IMG/VR virus record: IMGVR_UViG_3300033232_000065
Span: 1 to 51,516 of that record
Reading direction: 5' to 3' (one strand)
Length of the DNA stretch: 51,516 nt
DNA from: a virus
Taxonomy: Duplodnaviria > Caudoviricetes
The notes under the pieces were generated by a model that was given only the letters and a program-made list of their open reading frames with translations, was not told the origin of the DNA and ran no database searches. Positions 15,907-26,057 of this stretch are shown here, in pieces (the stretch's first letter is position 1; every line of letters begins with the position of its first letter). The translations under genes were made by a program, and so were the position numbers.

Positions 15907-16212
15907 GTGGACCTATTCCTCGCCGCCTTCCCGAACGCTCGATGGACCAAGATCCTGGAGTTGCGGGATCAGGACACCGCGAAGGCCAGGGTGTTCCGCA
16001 CCCTCTTGTCGGGCGGATGGGTACCGGGCGAGAAACTGGAGGCCGCCGGCGGGGGATGGGATTTCCGCAGCCGATGTGCGCGGCTCCGCGACCTCGGTAT
16101 ACCGGTCGAGTCCAGACCGTCGCAGGTGGGCCGCGCCTGCCACGAGTTCCGTATCCCCGAAATGTTCCTGATGGCGTACGGAGAAAAACTTAGCGAATGG
16201 AGGAGTACATGA
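15907..16212 (+). CDS. Winged-HTH protein
   Basis: WVPGEKL...SRCARLRDLGIPVES pattern; GGAGG RBS. Confidence 0.6.
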   Translation: MDLFLAAFPNARWTKILELRDQDTAKARVFRTLLSGGWVPGEKLEAAGGGWDFRSRCARLRDLGIPVESRPSQVGRACHEFRIPEMFLMAYGEKLSEWRST

Positions 16213-16469
16213 AGATCGAGAACCTGATCGAGACCGACGATTCCCGACGCGAGAAACGCCGCTTGTCTCTCCTCAAGGCGCAGTATTTCTGCTTCGGCGT
16301 ATCCGGTGCCGCGCTGGCCGGGGCCGCCGACGCCTGGTGGAAGTCCGGCCACGTGGCCGCCCTGTTCCTCGTGGCGGCGCTGATCCTCGGGGCGTGCAAG
16401 GTGTCGTGCCGCGCCCCGCGGAGAAGGGGGCGCCTCTCCCGCCCGATCCCGCTGCCGGCGGCGAAGTGA
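16209..16469 (+). CDS. Small membrane protein
   Basis: Two hydrophobic segments; ATGA overlap. Confidence 0.55.
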   Translation: MKIENLIETDDSRREKRRLSLLKAQYFCFGVSGAALAGAADAWWKSGHVAALFLVAALILGACKVSCRAPRRRGRLSRPIPLPAAK

Positions 16470-16630
16470 TGATTGATTTCCTCGACATCATTTACGCGGC
16501 GTTCGTGGCGGTCGTCGTGGCGTGTGCGTTGGCGGGGTTTCTCGGATAACCCGGCCGCTACCAGTGAGAGATGGTACTGCCCGCGCTCGGGCATCCGCCC
16601 AGGTCGTGGCCGGCCGGAAAGGAGGGGGCG

Positions 16631-16831
16631 ATGATGTGTGACACCTGCGAACACGAAGAGGTCCTCGAAGAATTGAACGACCTGTGCGCCAATCCCGATT
16701 ACGAGTGGGCGAACGACACCTTATCCTCGATTGCAGAGTGGGTCGAGGAGAAGGGTCACGTGACGGAGAAGCAGATCGACGCGATCGAGAACATCAAGGC
16801 GAAAGTGGAGGAAAAGGATGCCCTGGACTGA
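16631..16831 (+). CDS. Hypothetical protein
   Basis: 66 aa acidic, strong RBS. Confidence 0.6.
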   Translation: MMCDTCEHEEVLEELNDLCANPDYEWANDTLSSIAEWVEEKGHVTEKQIDAIENIKAKVEEKDALD

Positions 16832-17705
16832 GTTCGAATGCCCCGATGGCGAGAAGATCCTGATCGAGAAATGCCTTGTCTCCTGCCGCATGGGGGGCCG
16901 CTGCGTGGCGAAGCCGACGCTGATGCTGATGTCCCGACGCCGCCCGTGGAAAGGTAAGATTTCCGCAACCCAGGGCCTGAACGGAACGCGCATGGAGTAT
17001 CTTAAGATCACGCAGCCGCACTCGGAGAGGCCCACGGACCGGGCGTTCGCGCTTCTCGGCACGTTCCACCACCTGAAGATGCAGAGCGTCGCCGTGCCGG
17101 AATCCCTCACGGAAGAGTGGATGGAGGACGAAGCCGGGACGGGGATGTTCGACTGCTACGACGCCGAGGAGAAAGCGCTCTACGACTTCAAGACGTGCGG
17201 CTGCTTCAAGATCAACCGCGCACTCGGCAAGGTGAAGCAGGAGGAGATCGACCCGACTGCGGAGCCGTACAAGAGCGGCCCACGGAAGGGACAGCCGAGG
17301 ACCCGCACGGTGTGGTCGATGGGCGAGCCCGACATCTTCGAATGGCAGATGCAACTCTCCCGGTACGCCTGGATGATCCGGGACGCGGGGTTCGAGGTCG
17401 AGCGGGCCTTCGTCCAGGCGACCGCTCGGGACTTCAACGCGCAGAACTCCCGGCAGTACGGGCTCGATCGGCAGATCTACATCATCCCGATCGACATCCT
17501 GTCCCGCGACATCGTGTTCGCCTACTACACCGAGAAGCAGGTGGCGCTTTGGTCCACGCTTGCCGACAACAAGATCCCGCCGCCGTGCAGTGATCGAGAG
17601 ACTTGGGAAGGGCGAAGATGCCAGCGGTATTGTCCGGTATGGGCGTACTGCGACGTCGGAATCGCCGCGCATCAAACCGCAGACCCGAAGGAGGAGATCA
17701 CATGA
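16818..17705 (+). CDS. Cas4/RecB-like PD-(D/E)XK exonuclease
   Basis: GTFHH, FDCYD...LYDFKT, QLSRY, C-terminal C..C..YC.V..YC. Confidence 0.8.
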   Translation: MPWTEFECPDGEKILIEKCLVSCRMGGRCVAKPTLMLMSRRRPWKGKISATQGLNGTRMEYLKITQPHSERPTDRAFALLGTFHHLKMQSVAVPESLTEEWMEDEAGTGMFDCYDAEEKALYDFKTCGCFKINRALGKVKQEEIDPTAEPYKSGPRKGQPRTRTVWSMGEPDIFEWQMQLSRYAWMIRDAGFEVERAFVQATARDFNAQNSRQYGLDRQIYIIPIDILSRDIVFAYYTEKQVALWSTLADNKIPPPCSDRETWEGRRCQRYCPVWAYCDVGIAAHQTADPKEEIT

Positions 17706-18835
17706 GCATACCTTCCAACAGATTCAAGCCGCGTCCGCAATATACGACCATCGTAGGGCTCTCCTCCGTCATGAGGATGCCACGCCTCGGCAAAATACGG
17801 CTCGGCATTAAGGTGAAGAACGCGAAGGGCGTCGAGTACCCGAAGGATGTCGACTATTTCGTATGCGGCCCTGAAGTGCAGGAGATCTACGGGGCGGAAC
17901 CGAAAGAACTGGATGTGCTGATTCCGGCCTCCGACCCCAGTTTGTACTTTCCACAATCGTTGAAATGGTATCGTGGCGCCCGCCTGGTCTGTAAGGGGAA
18001 CGGGGAGACGGCGACGCGTATCAACGAGGAGACGGGGAACATGTTCGAGATGGACTGCCCGTGCGAGCAACTCCACGACCCGCAGACGAACCCGAAGGGT
18101 CCCTGCCGGCCGCGGGCGAATCTCATGTTGATCCTTCCGAAGGTCAGCATGGGCGGTGCGTACCAAGTCGATACGGGGTCTACGAACAACATCGTCAACA
18201 TCAACTCGACGCTGAAGTGGATTGAGTCCATGCTCGGTCGGGTCGCATGGGTACCCCTCACCCTGAAGCGCGTCCCGACGAAGATCCAGACCCCGGACGG
18301 GACCACGACGAAATCCCTGCTGCAACTCGAATTCAAGGGGAACATGCAGGACGCGGCCGCCCTTCGTCAGTCGGACTGGATCAGCATCCAAGGGGGCTCC
18401 GTTCCCGCCGCCCTTCCGCCGCACGTCATCGACGATGACGGACCGGGGGATGTGACCGCCGATGTCATCGACGAGACAACCGGGGAGGTCATCGAGGGGG
18501 CTTCCGGATCTGCCCCCTCTGCCGAGGAGAAAAAACAGGAACCGCCGCCCGTCGATCTGTCGAAGTCCACCCCGCCGGCCGAAGGAGAAGAACCATTCAT
18601 CGATACCGACACGGGGCATTCAGAGGATCCCCCGCCCCCGTTGCCGAAGTTCGAGTGGCAGATCCATCCGCCGAAGGACGCCGGCGGCCTCGCCATGGCG
18701 GCGAACAAGATCAAGTCCCGCGACGAGTTCGACCTGTTCCGGAAGGAGTTCCAGGCCATCATCGACAAGATGCGCCCGGGCATGAAGGTCGCCGTTGAGA
18801 AGGCCATCACCGACCGACAGGCCACGCTGTTCTAA
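17702..18835 (+). CDS. Gp3-like/recombination-associated protein (likely annealing partner of the exonuclease)
   Basis: MPRLGKIRLGIK...YPKDVDYF...LVCKGNGE motif; acidic tail; follows the exonuclease. Confidence 0.7.
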   Translation: MSIPSNRFKPRPQYTTIVGLSSVMRMPRLGKIRLGIKVKNAKGVEYPKDVDYFVCGPEVQEIYGAEPKELDVLIPASDPSLYFPQSLKWYRGARLVCKGNGETATRINEETGNMFEMDCPCEQLHDPQTNPKGPCRPRANLMLILPKVSMGGAYQVDTGSTNNIVNINSTLKWIESMLGRVAWVPLTLKRVPTKIQTPDGTTTKSLLQLEFKGNMQDAAALRQSDWISIQGGSVPAALPPHVIDDDGPGDVTADVIDETTGEVIEGASGSAPSAEEKKQEPPPVDLSKSTPPAEGEEPFIDTDTGHSEDPPPPLPKFEWQIHPPKDAGGLAMAANKIKSRDEFDLFRKEFQAIIDKMRPGMKVAVEKAITDRQATLF

Positions 18836-18888
18836 CCATCAAGCCGAAGAAGGAAGCAGATGCCTCGAAAAACACAGAGGGTGGCGCG

Positions 18889-19113
18889 ATGAAGGAAGAC
18901 AAAGAGATCCGGATTGAGGTGGTCGGAAACGCTTACGTCCTGGGGTTGTCGGTCTATGACGATGCCACGGGGTTGACGTTGGCCACAGGCAAGAAGGTCG
19001 TGGTCCTGGACACGGTCGAGGACGCCGCGCTCGGCAAGGCGATCCGGGATCTGCTCCGTACCCGGATCCGGTCGCCCCGGAAGGCGAAGCGCGGAGAGGA
19101 GGTGACGGCATGA
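18889..19113 (+). CDS. Hypothetical protein
   Basis: 74 aa; C-terminal LGKAIR resembles LGRAVR of the next ORF. Confidence 0.55.
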   Translation: MKEDKEIRIEVVGNAYVLGLSVYDDATGLTLATGKKVVVLDTVEDAALGKAIRDLLRTRIRSPRKAKRGEEVTA

Positions 19114-19313
19114 AGAAACGCCAAGCGATCGTTCGACTCACAGCCAAGGGGTTCCGCGTTGACGTTGAAGAAATTTTGGAGGAATCCAGGAGCGGGGATA
19201 GTTCGACCCAGGGGATCCGCAGACTCTACGTCCCCTGTCCCGGAACCAGGACGCGGGGGGCCAACGACCTGGAGCTTGGCCGGGCGGTGAGAAGGGCAGT
19301 GGCAGGAACATGA
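19110..19313 (+). CDS. Hypothetical protein
   Basis: ATGA overlap, GGAGG RBS. Confidence 0.55.
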   Translation: MKKRQAIVRLTAKGFRVDVEEILEESRSGDSSTQGIRRLYVPCPGTRTRGANDLELGRAVRRAVAGT

Positions 19314-19513
19314 GCAAGCCCCTGAAGGTTCCCTGCCCGAAATGCCCCGGGCTGATGAACAAGGGGTCGCTGGCCTGTTACAAGTGCAGCCACGAGGTGA
19401 TGAGGCGGTCGATGTTCATGCAGTCCCACAACGCGCGAACGAAGAAAGCGAGGGAAGCGCAATGGACCAATTCTGGAATCCGTGGTGGGAAGGGTTCGTC
19501 TACGGAGCCGTAG
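19310..19513 (+). CDS. Small Zn-finger protein
   Basis: CPKC...CYKC. Confidence 0.5.
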   Translation: MSKPLKVPCPKCPGLMNKGSLACYKCSHEVMRRSMFMQSHNARTKKAREAQWTNSGIRGGKGSSTEP

Positions 19514-19671
19514 CGTTAAGCGTGGCCGAGTTCATGCTGGCGGAGGGGATCTTCCTGGTGCTCCGGCACCAGGACCGGAAGGCGGCGCGGCGGGCCGAGG
19601 CGCGAATCAGGCTGTACCAAAGTTCCGAAGATAAGACGCTGTCCGGGTGGAAGGAAGGATTAGATGGATAA
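19462..19671 (+). CDS. Small membrane protein
   Basis: Single hydrophobic helix. Confidence 0.45.
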   Translation: MDQFWNPWWEGFVYGAVALSVAEFMLAEGIFLVLRHQDRKAARRAEARIRLYQSSEDKTLSGWKEGLDG

Positions 19672-19686
19672 GGGGCCGTGGTAGGG

Positions 19687-21048
19687 GTGGCCGATAAATC
19701 GAAGATAGAATGGTGCGATGCTACGTGGAACCCGATCACGGGCTGCACTCCGGTTTCGGCGGGGTGCGCGAACTGCTACGCCTCCCGGATGGCGAAACGG
19801 TTCCCTCATCTGCACGGGATGGACGTTCTGCCCTCGCACATGGGGTACGGTCCCGGTGACGCCGATCCGTTCCCTTTCTCGCGCATCAACTTTCATCCTG
19901 ACCGCCTCGACCGGCCCCTCCGCTGGAAGAAGCCGCGCAGGATTTTCGTGTGCTCGATAGGGGATCTGTTCCATGAGGACGTGGAGGATGATTGGATCGA
20001 TGATGTGCTGGAAGTCGTGCACGACGAGCGGCGGCACACTTTCATGATTCTCACAAAGCGACCGGAACGGATGCGACACATTTTTAATGAGCGTTACCGG
20101 CACACAGCATTTCCAAATCTCTGGCTCGGCGTCACCGCAGAGAATCAGGAGATGGCCGACCAGCGCATCCCGATCCTGCTGCAGACACCAGCGGCGAAGA
20201 GATTCGTATCTTGTGAACCTCTTTTGAGTATGATAGATTTGTCTCGTTGGTTCCACACACACCAAGGAGGCAAAGACAATGAATCGAGCAGAGAAGGCAT
20301 TTCTAGCGCAGTACGCAATCGGTGTATTTTCTGTGGACGCGAAGGGGAGGATATGGCGTCATCGCATCCATCAAAGCGGGAGCAAGACCGGAACCCCACC
20401 GACAGAGAAGGAAATTCCTGTTCGCCGTGCGGAATCCACCGCCCACAAAGCGGGACATCTGAAGGTACAGATCCAGGACGATGGGAAGAAGATGATGGTG
20501 TCCGCTCATCGGGTCGTTTGGATGTTGCACAACCAATCCGACATTCCGGAGGGTTTGGAAATAAATCACAAGAACGGGGATCCTCCCGACAACCAGCCGT
20601 TGAACTTGGAACTTGTGACGCCGAGCGGGAACGTCATTCATGCCATGAAAGTTTTAGGGAAGATGGACCGGAAAGGATCAAAGAACAGCTCGGCGAAATT
20701 GACGGAAGATCAGGCGAGAGAAATCAGGCGACTTTGCGAGGCAAGGACTCTCCCGCAAAGACTGATCGGACTCCAGTTCGGGGTATCGACAAAGACGGTT
20801 CAGGACATCTTCTATCGGAGGCACTGGAAAAACCTTTAATCGATTGGTGCATCGTCGGCGGCGAGTCCGGCCCCGGTGCGCGACCGATGCCGCCCGGTGC
20901 GGCGCGTTCCCTTCGGGATCAATGCCAATGGGCGGGAGTACCATTCTTCTACAAGGGTGCGGGTACATATTCGATGAAAAAAAGGAATCCAAATTACACA
21001 AAGATCGACGGACGCGATTGGAAGGGGTTTCCAGAGGTGAAGAGATGA
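19687..21048 (+). CDS. DUF5131 (phage Gp37/Gp68-like, radical-SAM-related) protein with ~190-aa insertion
   Basis: [54 protein letters not shown]...[11 protein letters not shown]. Confidence 0.88.
   Translation: MADKSKIEWCDATWNPITGCTPVSAGCANCYASRMAKRFPHLHGMDVLPSHMGYGPGDADPFPFSRINFHPDRLDRPLRWKKPRRIFVCSIGDLFHEDVEDDWIDDVLEVVHDERRHTFMILTKRPERMRHIFNERYRHTAFPNLWLGVTAENQEMADQRIPILLQTPAAKRFVSCEPLLSMIDLSRWFHTHQGGKDNESSREGISSAVRNRCIFCGREGEDMASSHPSKREQDRNPTDREGNSCSPCGIHRPQSGTSEGTDPGRWEEDDGVRSSGRLDVAQPIRHSGGFGNKSQERGSSRQPAVELGTCDAERERHSCHESFREDGPERIKEQLGEIDGRSGERNQATLRGKDSPAKTDRTPVRGIDKDGSGHLLSEALEKPLIDWCIVGGESGPGARPMPPGAARSLRDQCQWAGVPFFYKGAGTYSMKKRNPNYTKIDGRDWKGFPEVKR
20279..20839 (+). CDS. HNH homing endonuclease nested out-of-frame in the DUF5131 gene
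   Basis: AHRVVW...[26 protein letters not shown]-terminal AKLTE..HTH; own RBS AAGGAGG. Confidence 0.9.
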   Translation: MNRAEKAFLAQYAIGVFSVDAKGRIWRHRIHQSGSKTGTPPTEKEIPVRRAESTAHKAGHLKVQIQDDGKKMMVSAHRVVWMLHNQSDIPEGLEINHKNGDPPDNQPLNLELVTPSGNVIHAMKVLGKMDRKGSKNSSAKLTEDQAREIRRLCEARTLPQRLIGLQFGVSTKTVQDIFYRRHWKNL

Positions 21049-21416
21049 CCGACGATGTTGTGGCCTTCAGGCACTCTCTGCCCCGAATGGAAGGAGGGAT
21101 GATGAACAAGACGATGAAATTGAATCTGCCCGCATTAAGGGCAGTTCTTTACACCGACACGATTGCGGGAAATCAGGTTTGTCGAGACGATCTGTGGGCG
21201 GTCAGTACGGATGAATTGAACGCCGTCCACGCCGAGCTAGCCACGCTACGGGAAGAGAACAAACAGCTCCGCAAGGTGGCGGAAGAAGCGGAGAGGTTCA
21301 GGAGCGCCCTTAGAGAGGATTACACGCAGCCGGGATTGAAAGTAACCGCGACTGTATTGCCAGCATCGTTCAATGCGTTCGACGCCGCCCTGCGCGGGTG
21401 GAAGGAGGGGGGATGA
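21045..21416 (+). CDS. Hypothetical protein
   Basis: ATGA overlap; coiled coil; alternative start near 21100. Confidence 0.55.
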   Translation: MTDDVVAFRHSLPRMEGGMMNKTMKLNLPALRAVLYTDTIAGNQVCRDDLWAVSTDELNAVHAELATLREENKQLRKVAEEAERFRSALREDYTQPGLKVTATVLPASFNAFDAALRGWKEGG

Positions 21417-22018
21417 GCCAGGGACTTGTTTGTAGACGCTGTCGCAAGTATATCCTATCCACCGAATCATGGGGCTTCCACGAATCGTGCGCCCAAGAAG
21501 AATTTGCAACCTACTTGCAAGAGATTCAAGAACTTCGCGCCGAGGTGGAGCGGTTGAAGGAAGAAATCGACGGATTGAGGCGAACCGGGGAGATTGACCG
21601 TGACTCCCTCACGGGGAAGGAAGACGAAATTGCGCGTCTCGGCGAGAAACTGTGTAAGGTCAAGGAATGGTGCGATAAACATGGTTTTGACGAACCTACG
21701 AATATGAATAGAGTCCAACCTGTCATTCGTGGTCTTCTCGAATTTCCCTCCCCCTGCCCGCACGAAGAACAAGAAAAGATTACGCAGGGTCGCCTTTGCC
21801 GGCTCCGGTCAGAGGTGGACAAAGCCATCCATGTCCTGAAAGTTCGCATGAAGTCCGATGGCATCCCGAGGGATTTTACAGTAGAGGATCTTGAGCGTTC
21901 CCGTTATTCGGATACCCCCTGCTCGCACAAGGCGCGGCTGAAGGAGTTGGAGAGAGCACTTCGTGGCGGGTTACAACAGCAGCGCCTTAACGGGGAGAAA
22001 AACGATGGCCGATCTTAA
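21413..22018 (+). CDS. Hypothetical coiled-coil protein
   Basis: ELRAEVERLKEE; ATGA overlap. Confidence 0.6.
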   Translation: MSQGLVCRRCRKYILSTESWGFHESCAQEEFATYLQEIQELRAEVERLKEEIDGLRRTGEIDRDSLTGKEDEIARLGEKLCKVKEWCDKHGFDEPTNMNRVQPVIRGLLEFPSPCPHEEQEKITQGRLCRLRSEVDKAIHVLKVRMKSDGIPRDFTVEDLERSRYSDTPCSHKARLKELERALRGGLQQQRLNGEKNDGRS

Positions 22019-22202
22019 CAAGTACGCAAATATCCGGGGGTCGAACGCCGGATACGATGTCCATCTCGACATAGGGCATCAGCATTTCTGCGTCACCCCG
22101 GTCCCGTACGCAACGCGTGAAGAGGCCGAGTGGATGCGGAAGCGACTCGTCAAGGCGCTGGAGAAGATGATGGCCGAGATCCGCGCCTCCGGGGGAGGTT
22201 GA
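22005..22202 (+). CDS. Hypothetical protein
   Basis: 65 aa; last gene of the rightward operon. Confidence 0.55.
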   Translation: MADLNKYANIRGSNAGYDVHLDIGHQHFCVTPVPYATREEAEWMRKRLVKALEKMMAEIRASGGG

Positions 22203-22478
22203 CTACTTCAGCACCGTTGGCAACAAGTAGGATAGCGCCACCATATTGAGCACTACGCCGCCCACGACGATGATCAACACGCCCACAACGATCTGTTTAA
22301 TCATGCCTTCTCTCGCCGTCCTTTCTCGGTCGATTGCCGACCAAATATCGGCAGTATCCCTCTTTACCGTCTCCCGCAGGTCGTTGATGGCGCGGTCGTG
22401 AGATGTCTTGTGGGCGCAACCATCCTCGGCGATCCTGTTAACCTTCTCCCATACGCCCTGCAGGTCTCCATTAGCCAT
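22203..22478 (-). CDS. Membrane protein of the lysis module (coiled coil plus C-terminal TM)
   Basis: Hydrophobic C-terminus; end of the late operon. Confidence 0.65.
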   Translation of the reverse strand: MANGDLQGVWEKVNRIAEDGCAHKTSHDRAINDLRETVKRDTADIWSAIDRERTAREGMIKQIVVGVLIIVVGGVVLNMVALSYLLPTVLK

Positions 22479-22493
22479 CGTGTCCGCCTTTAT

Positions 22494-22694
22494 TCAGGTT
22501 TTTGACGCCTTATTGTACCCGCACTCCTTGCATCCCCACGTATCGTCGTCGGCGCAAGGATTCTCCGTCAGGTCTATGCGGTCAGGAATATTACAGGTGG
22601 AGCGGAAAATATCGCAGTGCCGGGGCAACGGGCAGTAGGGATGACAGCGGGCCAGGGCCTCGATGATCTCCCGGCACAGGCGATATTTTTCCAT
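22494..22694 (-). CDS. Small Cys-rich protein
   Basis: 66 aa with 8 Cys. Confidence 0.4.
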   Translation of the reverse strand: MEKYRLCREIIEALARCHPYCPLPRHCDIFRSTCNIPDRIDLTENPCADDDTWGCKECGYNKASKT

Positions 22695-22716
22695 GATGCG
22701 CCTCCAAGGGGCTACT

Positions 22717-23004
22717 TCACGGCCCGGCCTTCGGTTCGGTCGTGGTCCCCGTCGTGGTGGTCGTGTCGCCCTTCGGGGGGACGCGCCCGGCGATGGCATC
22801 GTCCTTCTTCGCGCTGCCGAGGGAGGATCCGAGGAAGTAATTGACTCCTGCTCCGGCGAAGCCAACGAGCGAGCCGAGGAGAAGAAGGAAATACTTCTCG
22901 TTCACGGTCGGCACGGATCCGAACATCAGAACGGCGAGGACCACCGCGAAGATCAGCGTGTACGCATAGGTCAGGATCGCCCCGACGTTGCTCTTTTCCC
23001 ACAT
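22717..23004 (-). CDS. Holin-like protein
   Basis: Two TM helices, VNYFLGSSLGSAKKD motif. Confidence 0.7.
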   Translation of the reverse strand: MWEKSNVGAILTYAYTLIFAVVLAVLMFGSVPTVNEKYFLLLLGSLVGFAGAGVNYFLGSSLGSAKKDDAIAGRVPPKGDTTTTTGTTTEPKAGP

Positions 23005-23014
23005 GGCTATCTCC

Positions 23015-23191
23015 TTACGAGGGGTCGGGGATCTTGTCCGGGTCTTTCAACCGGAACTCATCCCGCCGCTTGAGATACAGCGTGTCGATCTGCTCCTGAG
23101 TCATTCCCGCGAGTCTCGCCTGCTCGAAATACATCACGAGCAATAACTTCGCCAGTTCCCCCGCGAGGGCTACGCCTGCCGCTGCGCTCAT
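23015..23191 (-). CDS. Small protein coupled to the lipoprotein
   Basis: 58 aa, ATGA overlap. Confidence 0.5.
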   Translation of the reverse strand: MSAAAGVALAGELAKLLLVMYFEQARLAGMTQEQIDTLYLKRRDEFRLKDPDKIPDPS

Positions 23192-23550
23192 ATGATTGTC
23201 CCTCCCGCCGTGGCTAATTCGTTGATGAGGTTGAGTAACGCCGCTTCATCGTCCACCGATGGAGCCATGCCGTGATCCACGTAGGTCAGATACGCCGCCA
23301 GCAGAGGGCGCATCTGTTTCAGGACGGCTTTCTTGCGGACCACCATCGCCTTCTGCGCGTCGGACGCCAGTGGATTCGTTGCCATCCGCATCGTGTCATC
23401 GTACTGCGCGTTGTAGATCCCCAACATGAAGTTGGCCCGCTCCTTGGGCGTCTGCTGCGCCCACGGTTTCGCGTTGACGTTCATCGTCGCGCACCCGGCC
23501 AAGAAAACAGCCAGGACGATCCCTACTACCAGCCATTTCTTGCGATTCAT
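23188..23550 (-). CDS. Lipoprotein (possible spanin component)
   Basis: Signal peptide with lipobox LAGC. Confidence 0.7.
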   Translation of the reverse strand: MNRKKWLVVGIVLAVFLAGCATMNVNAKPWAQQTPKERANFMLGIYNAQYDDTMRMATNPLASDAQKAMVVRKKAVLKQMRPLLAAYLTYVDHGMAPSVDDEAALLNLINELATAGGTII

Positions 23551-23782
23551 TCTCTGTTCCCCTCTCTTTGGCCGAAATTCGTCCATATTGGCCCCCAGGA
23601 TGGAACGGGACCGGCCCCCACCTGACCCCCGGAATTTCCCCGGGGGCGCCACAGGGTGCGTAGGACGGCTTCGCTGGGGGGTCGAATTTACGGACGGCGG
23701 GTCAGCGGCGACGGCCTACGGAGCTGCAACCCGGTCTCCTTTCACAATAAATATTCGCTTTATCGGACCATCCTATCGCATC

Positions 23783-24133
23783 CTACGGACTGATTTTTAA
23801 CTGGCCGGGGGCGTTCGGGTTCCCCGCCGGGGAAGTCCACGCGTAAAAAGGGGACCAGGTGCTCCTGATCGGCGTTCCGGTGTTATCGAACGCGCCGAGT
23901 TGCGTCTGCGCCCTGAACTGATGCGTCGACTTCTTTGGTACCGCAGGAATCTCCCAGGAGGTGGCCGAGGTTTTCGTCACGACCTGGACGCCGTCCATTT
24001 CGATGTTGTAGAAAACGCCCTGCGCCTCCGGGCCGATCGCGGTGTTATCGGTGTAGGTCGACGTCGGATCCCACGACATGGTGAACCCCGAGAACAGCAG
24101 GAACAGGAAACCGAGCATTGCAATCCGTTTCAT
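23783..24133 (-). CDS. Secreted FN3-like protein
   Basis: Signal peptide, SWDP.STYTD.T, C-terminal P.APG.LKI. Confidence 0.6.
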   Translation of the reverse strand: MKRIAMLGFLFLLFSGFTMSWDPTSTYTDNTAIGPEAQGVFYNIEMDGVQVVTKTSATSWEIPAVPKKSTHQFRAQTQLGAFDNTGTPIRSTWSPFYAWTSPAGNPNAPGQLKISP

Positions 24134-24146
24134 GGATCCCTCCCTT

Positions 24147-24659
24147 TCAGGCGTTGAAGTGTTCGAGCCGCGCGAGGACTTCCTTGGCGTACTTCGCGTT
24201 ATGCCCGACCGCCCCCGGACCGCCGTTGTACGCCTCGAGTGCACGGAACGGATCCTTGTACCGCCGGAGGTAGGCCGCCAGGTGGATGCACCCGTACTTC
24301 AGCCCCTCGGGAGGATCGCAGAGTTGCGACAGGAACCGTCCCATGAAGCCGCGCTCCCGGGCGACGGCGCCCATTATTTGCATCAGCCCCCACGATGCCT
24401 GCTGCCCCCACCACTCGGCGTCCGCAGGGACGCCCTTATAGGCTCGGAAATCCTTCGGTGGGATCTCGGAGGCGATCTCCGCAGGCGTGAGCTTCCGGAA
24501 GGGCCGCTGCATCAGGACGTCCCACAGGTAGCGGTACCTCGGCTCCGGGTTCCAGGACCACGGGTCGAAGGACGATTCCTGCTCGACGACCGCCAGCACG
24601 AGCCCCTGGGGGAGCTTGAAGCGATCGGCGGTTGCCACGATCAGGTCGGGAGAGAGCAT
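24147..24659 (-). CDS. Endolysin, SLT lytic transglycosylase
   Basis: QESS, SWGLMQI, AYNGG motifs. Confidence 0.9.
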   Translation of the reverse strand: MLSPDLIVATADRFKLPQGLVLAVVEQESSFDPWSWNPEPRYRYLWDVLMQRPFRKLTPAEIASEIPPKDFRAYKGVPADAEWWGQQASWGLMQIMGAVARERGFMGRFLSQLCDPPEGLKYGCIHLAAYLRRYKDPFRALEAYNGGPGAVGHNAKYAKEVLARLEHFNA

Positions 24660-24728
24660 CTGTTCCTCCAAAAGAAAACGGCCTCGCAAGGGCCGCCATT
24701 GACAGCGATGGTCCGACGTTTCCGCGCG

Positions 24729-25046
24729 TCAGGTCTCCCGGATCGGCACAATCAGGTCTTCCTCCAGTTCCTCGCCCCGTGTGGTGCGGATCCTTACCGT
24801 GTACTTGTATTTCTGCCCGTTCATCCCGCCGATCCCGAGGAACGTGACCTTGTTCCCCACGATCGCGGGAGAGTCCGGTTCGATCGCCGTGGCCGTGACG
24901 TTCGTGCCCTCCGGATCCAGAGCGCAGAATAGGGACAGGAGGGATGCCAGACTATCCCCGGAAATCAGCGCACCCTTTGCGTCGAAGTTGATCGTGTACC
25001 AGATCTTCTCCGACGGCTGTTTCGGTTCCCGCGCTTCCTGCACCAT
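24729..25046 (-). CDS. Fibre-tail adaptor-like protein
   Basis: KQPSEKIWYTINF...GG.NGQKYK.TV...T..G pattern. Confidence 0.6.
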   Translation of the reverse strand: MVQEAREPKQPSEKIWYTINFDAKGALISGDSLASLLSLFCALDPEGTNVTATAIEPDSPAIVGNKVTFLGIGGMNGQKYKYTVRIRTTRGEELEEDLIVPIRET

Positions 25047-25061
25047 CGTTTTGCCCCTCCT

Positions 25062-26057
25062 CTACTGGTTGTCGTACTCACGTTTGCGGGCGAGGGCGTC
25101 GTACTCACGTTTGCTGGCGAGGGCGTCGTACTCACGTTTGCGGGCGAGGGCGTCGTAGAGATGCCGCGCCGCCGCGATCCTCGGGGCGATCCCCCACTGC
25201 TCCATGTCTGCCACGATGGAGAGGGCCAGCGAGACATTCAAGTCCTGCCCCATCGAGTCGATCTTCGCGCAGGCGATCGAGAGCGCCAGTTGCGCCTCCG
25301 CCGTCATGGTCGCAGCCTGGGCCTGCGATGCCTGAACGTTCAGCTCCACGGCAGCGGTTAGGAGGTACCCGACGGTCTGAGCCATCCCTGCGTTGATACC
25401 GAGAGAGGCGGCGTCTTCCAGCGACAAACCACCGGAAGCGGATAGACCACCAGATGCGCCGAGCAGAATAGACGCCTGAAGGACGAGCGCCGTCCCGAAG
25501 GCCGCTCCCATGGAGGTATCTAGGTTGAGGGACGCAGAGAGGGATCCGACGGGCGCCTGGATCATATAGGCCGTCGCCTGCAGCACGAGGGCATTGACCA
25601 TGACCATCTGGCCGGTCTGCCCCTGACCGGCGATCGCAGCAAGTGTCACGGCTTCCTGCAGGTTGCCGACGGCGGAATGCGACATCCCCATTGCCGCCGC
25701 AAGCGTTGCCGCTTCCTCGTAGGTCTGCGCCCCGGTAGTGACATCCCCCGCCTGCAGCATCGCCATCGCAAGGGAGAGGGCAATGACGGCATCCATCTCG
25801 GCGACGTTCCCAGTCCCCTGCTCTGCCGAGATCGCAAAAGAGAGTCCGGCGTTCAGTTCGGCGGTCACAGAGTGGACCAGGTTTCCGGAGATGCCGAGGA
25901 TTAAAATCTCATCGTAAGTGTTTCCTCCCGCGCTAACATATTCAGCCGCCCAGATACTCCCGCTTTCTCCATTCGCCCATCCCCACTCGATGGACTGCGA
26001 AGGACGCGCCTGTGGGAGTACGGATTCTCCGTTTCCCCATTTCGCCTCGGCAGACAT
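25062..26057 (-). CDS. Ala-rich structural/fibre protein
   Basis: Repetitive beta-strand pattern; located in the tail-fibre region. Confidence 0.6.
   Translation of the reverse strand: MSAEAKWGNGESVLPQARPSQSIEWGWANGESGSIWAAEYVSAGGNTYDEILILGISGNLVHSVTAELNAGLSFAISAEQGTGNVAEMDAVIALSLAMAMLQAGDVTTGAQTYEEAATLAAAMGMSHSAVGNLQEAVTLAAIAGQGQTGQMVMVNALVLQATAYMIQAPVGSLSASLNLDTSMGAAFGTALVLQASILLGASGGLSASGGLSLEDAASLGINAGMAQTVGYLLTAAVELNVQASQAQAATMTAEAQLALSIACAKIDSMGQDLNVSLALSIVADMEQWGIAPRIAAARHLYDALARKREYDALASKREYDALARKREYDNQ
25071..25157. repeat. Three 27-bp tandem repeats encoding YDALA(R/S)KRE
   Basis: GTCGTACTCACGTTTGC(G/T)GGCGAGGGC x3 plus a partial copy. Confidence 0.95.

Noticed and set aside
20279-20839. 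Intein or group I intron in the DUF5131 gene
   Set aside because: The endonuclease is in a different frame, there are no intein terminal motifs, and there is little non-coding flank for a ribozyme; not formally excluded
25071-25157. Mini-CRISPR or regulatory repeats
   Set aside because: Contiguous in-frame 27-bp coding repeats without spacers
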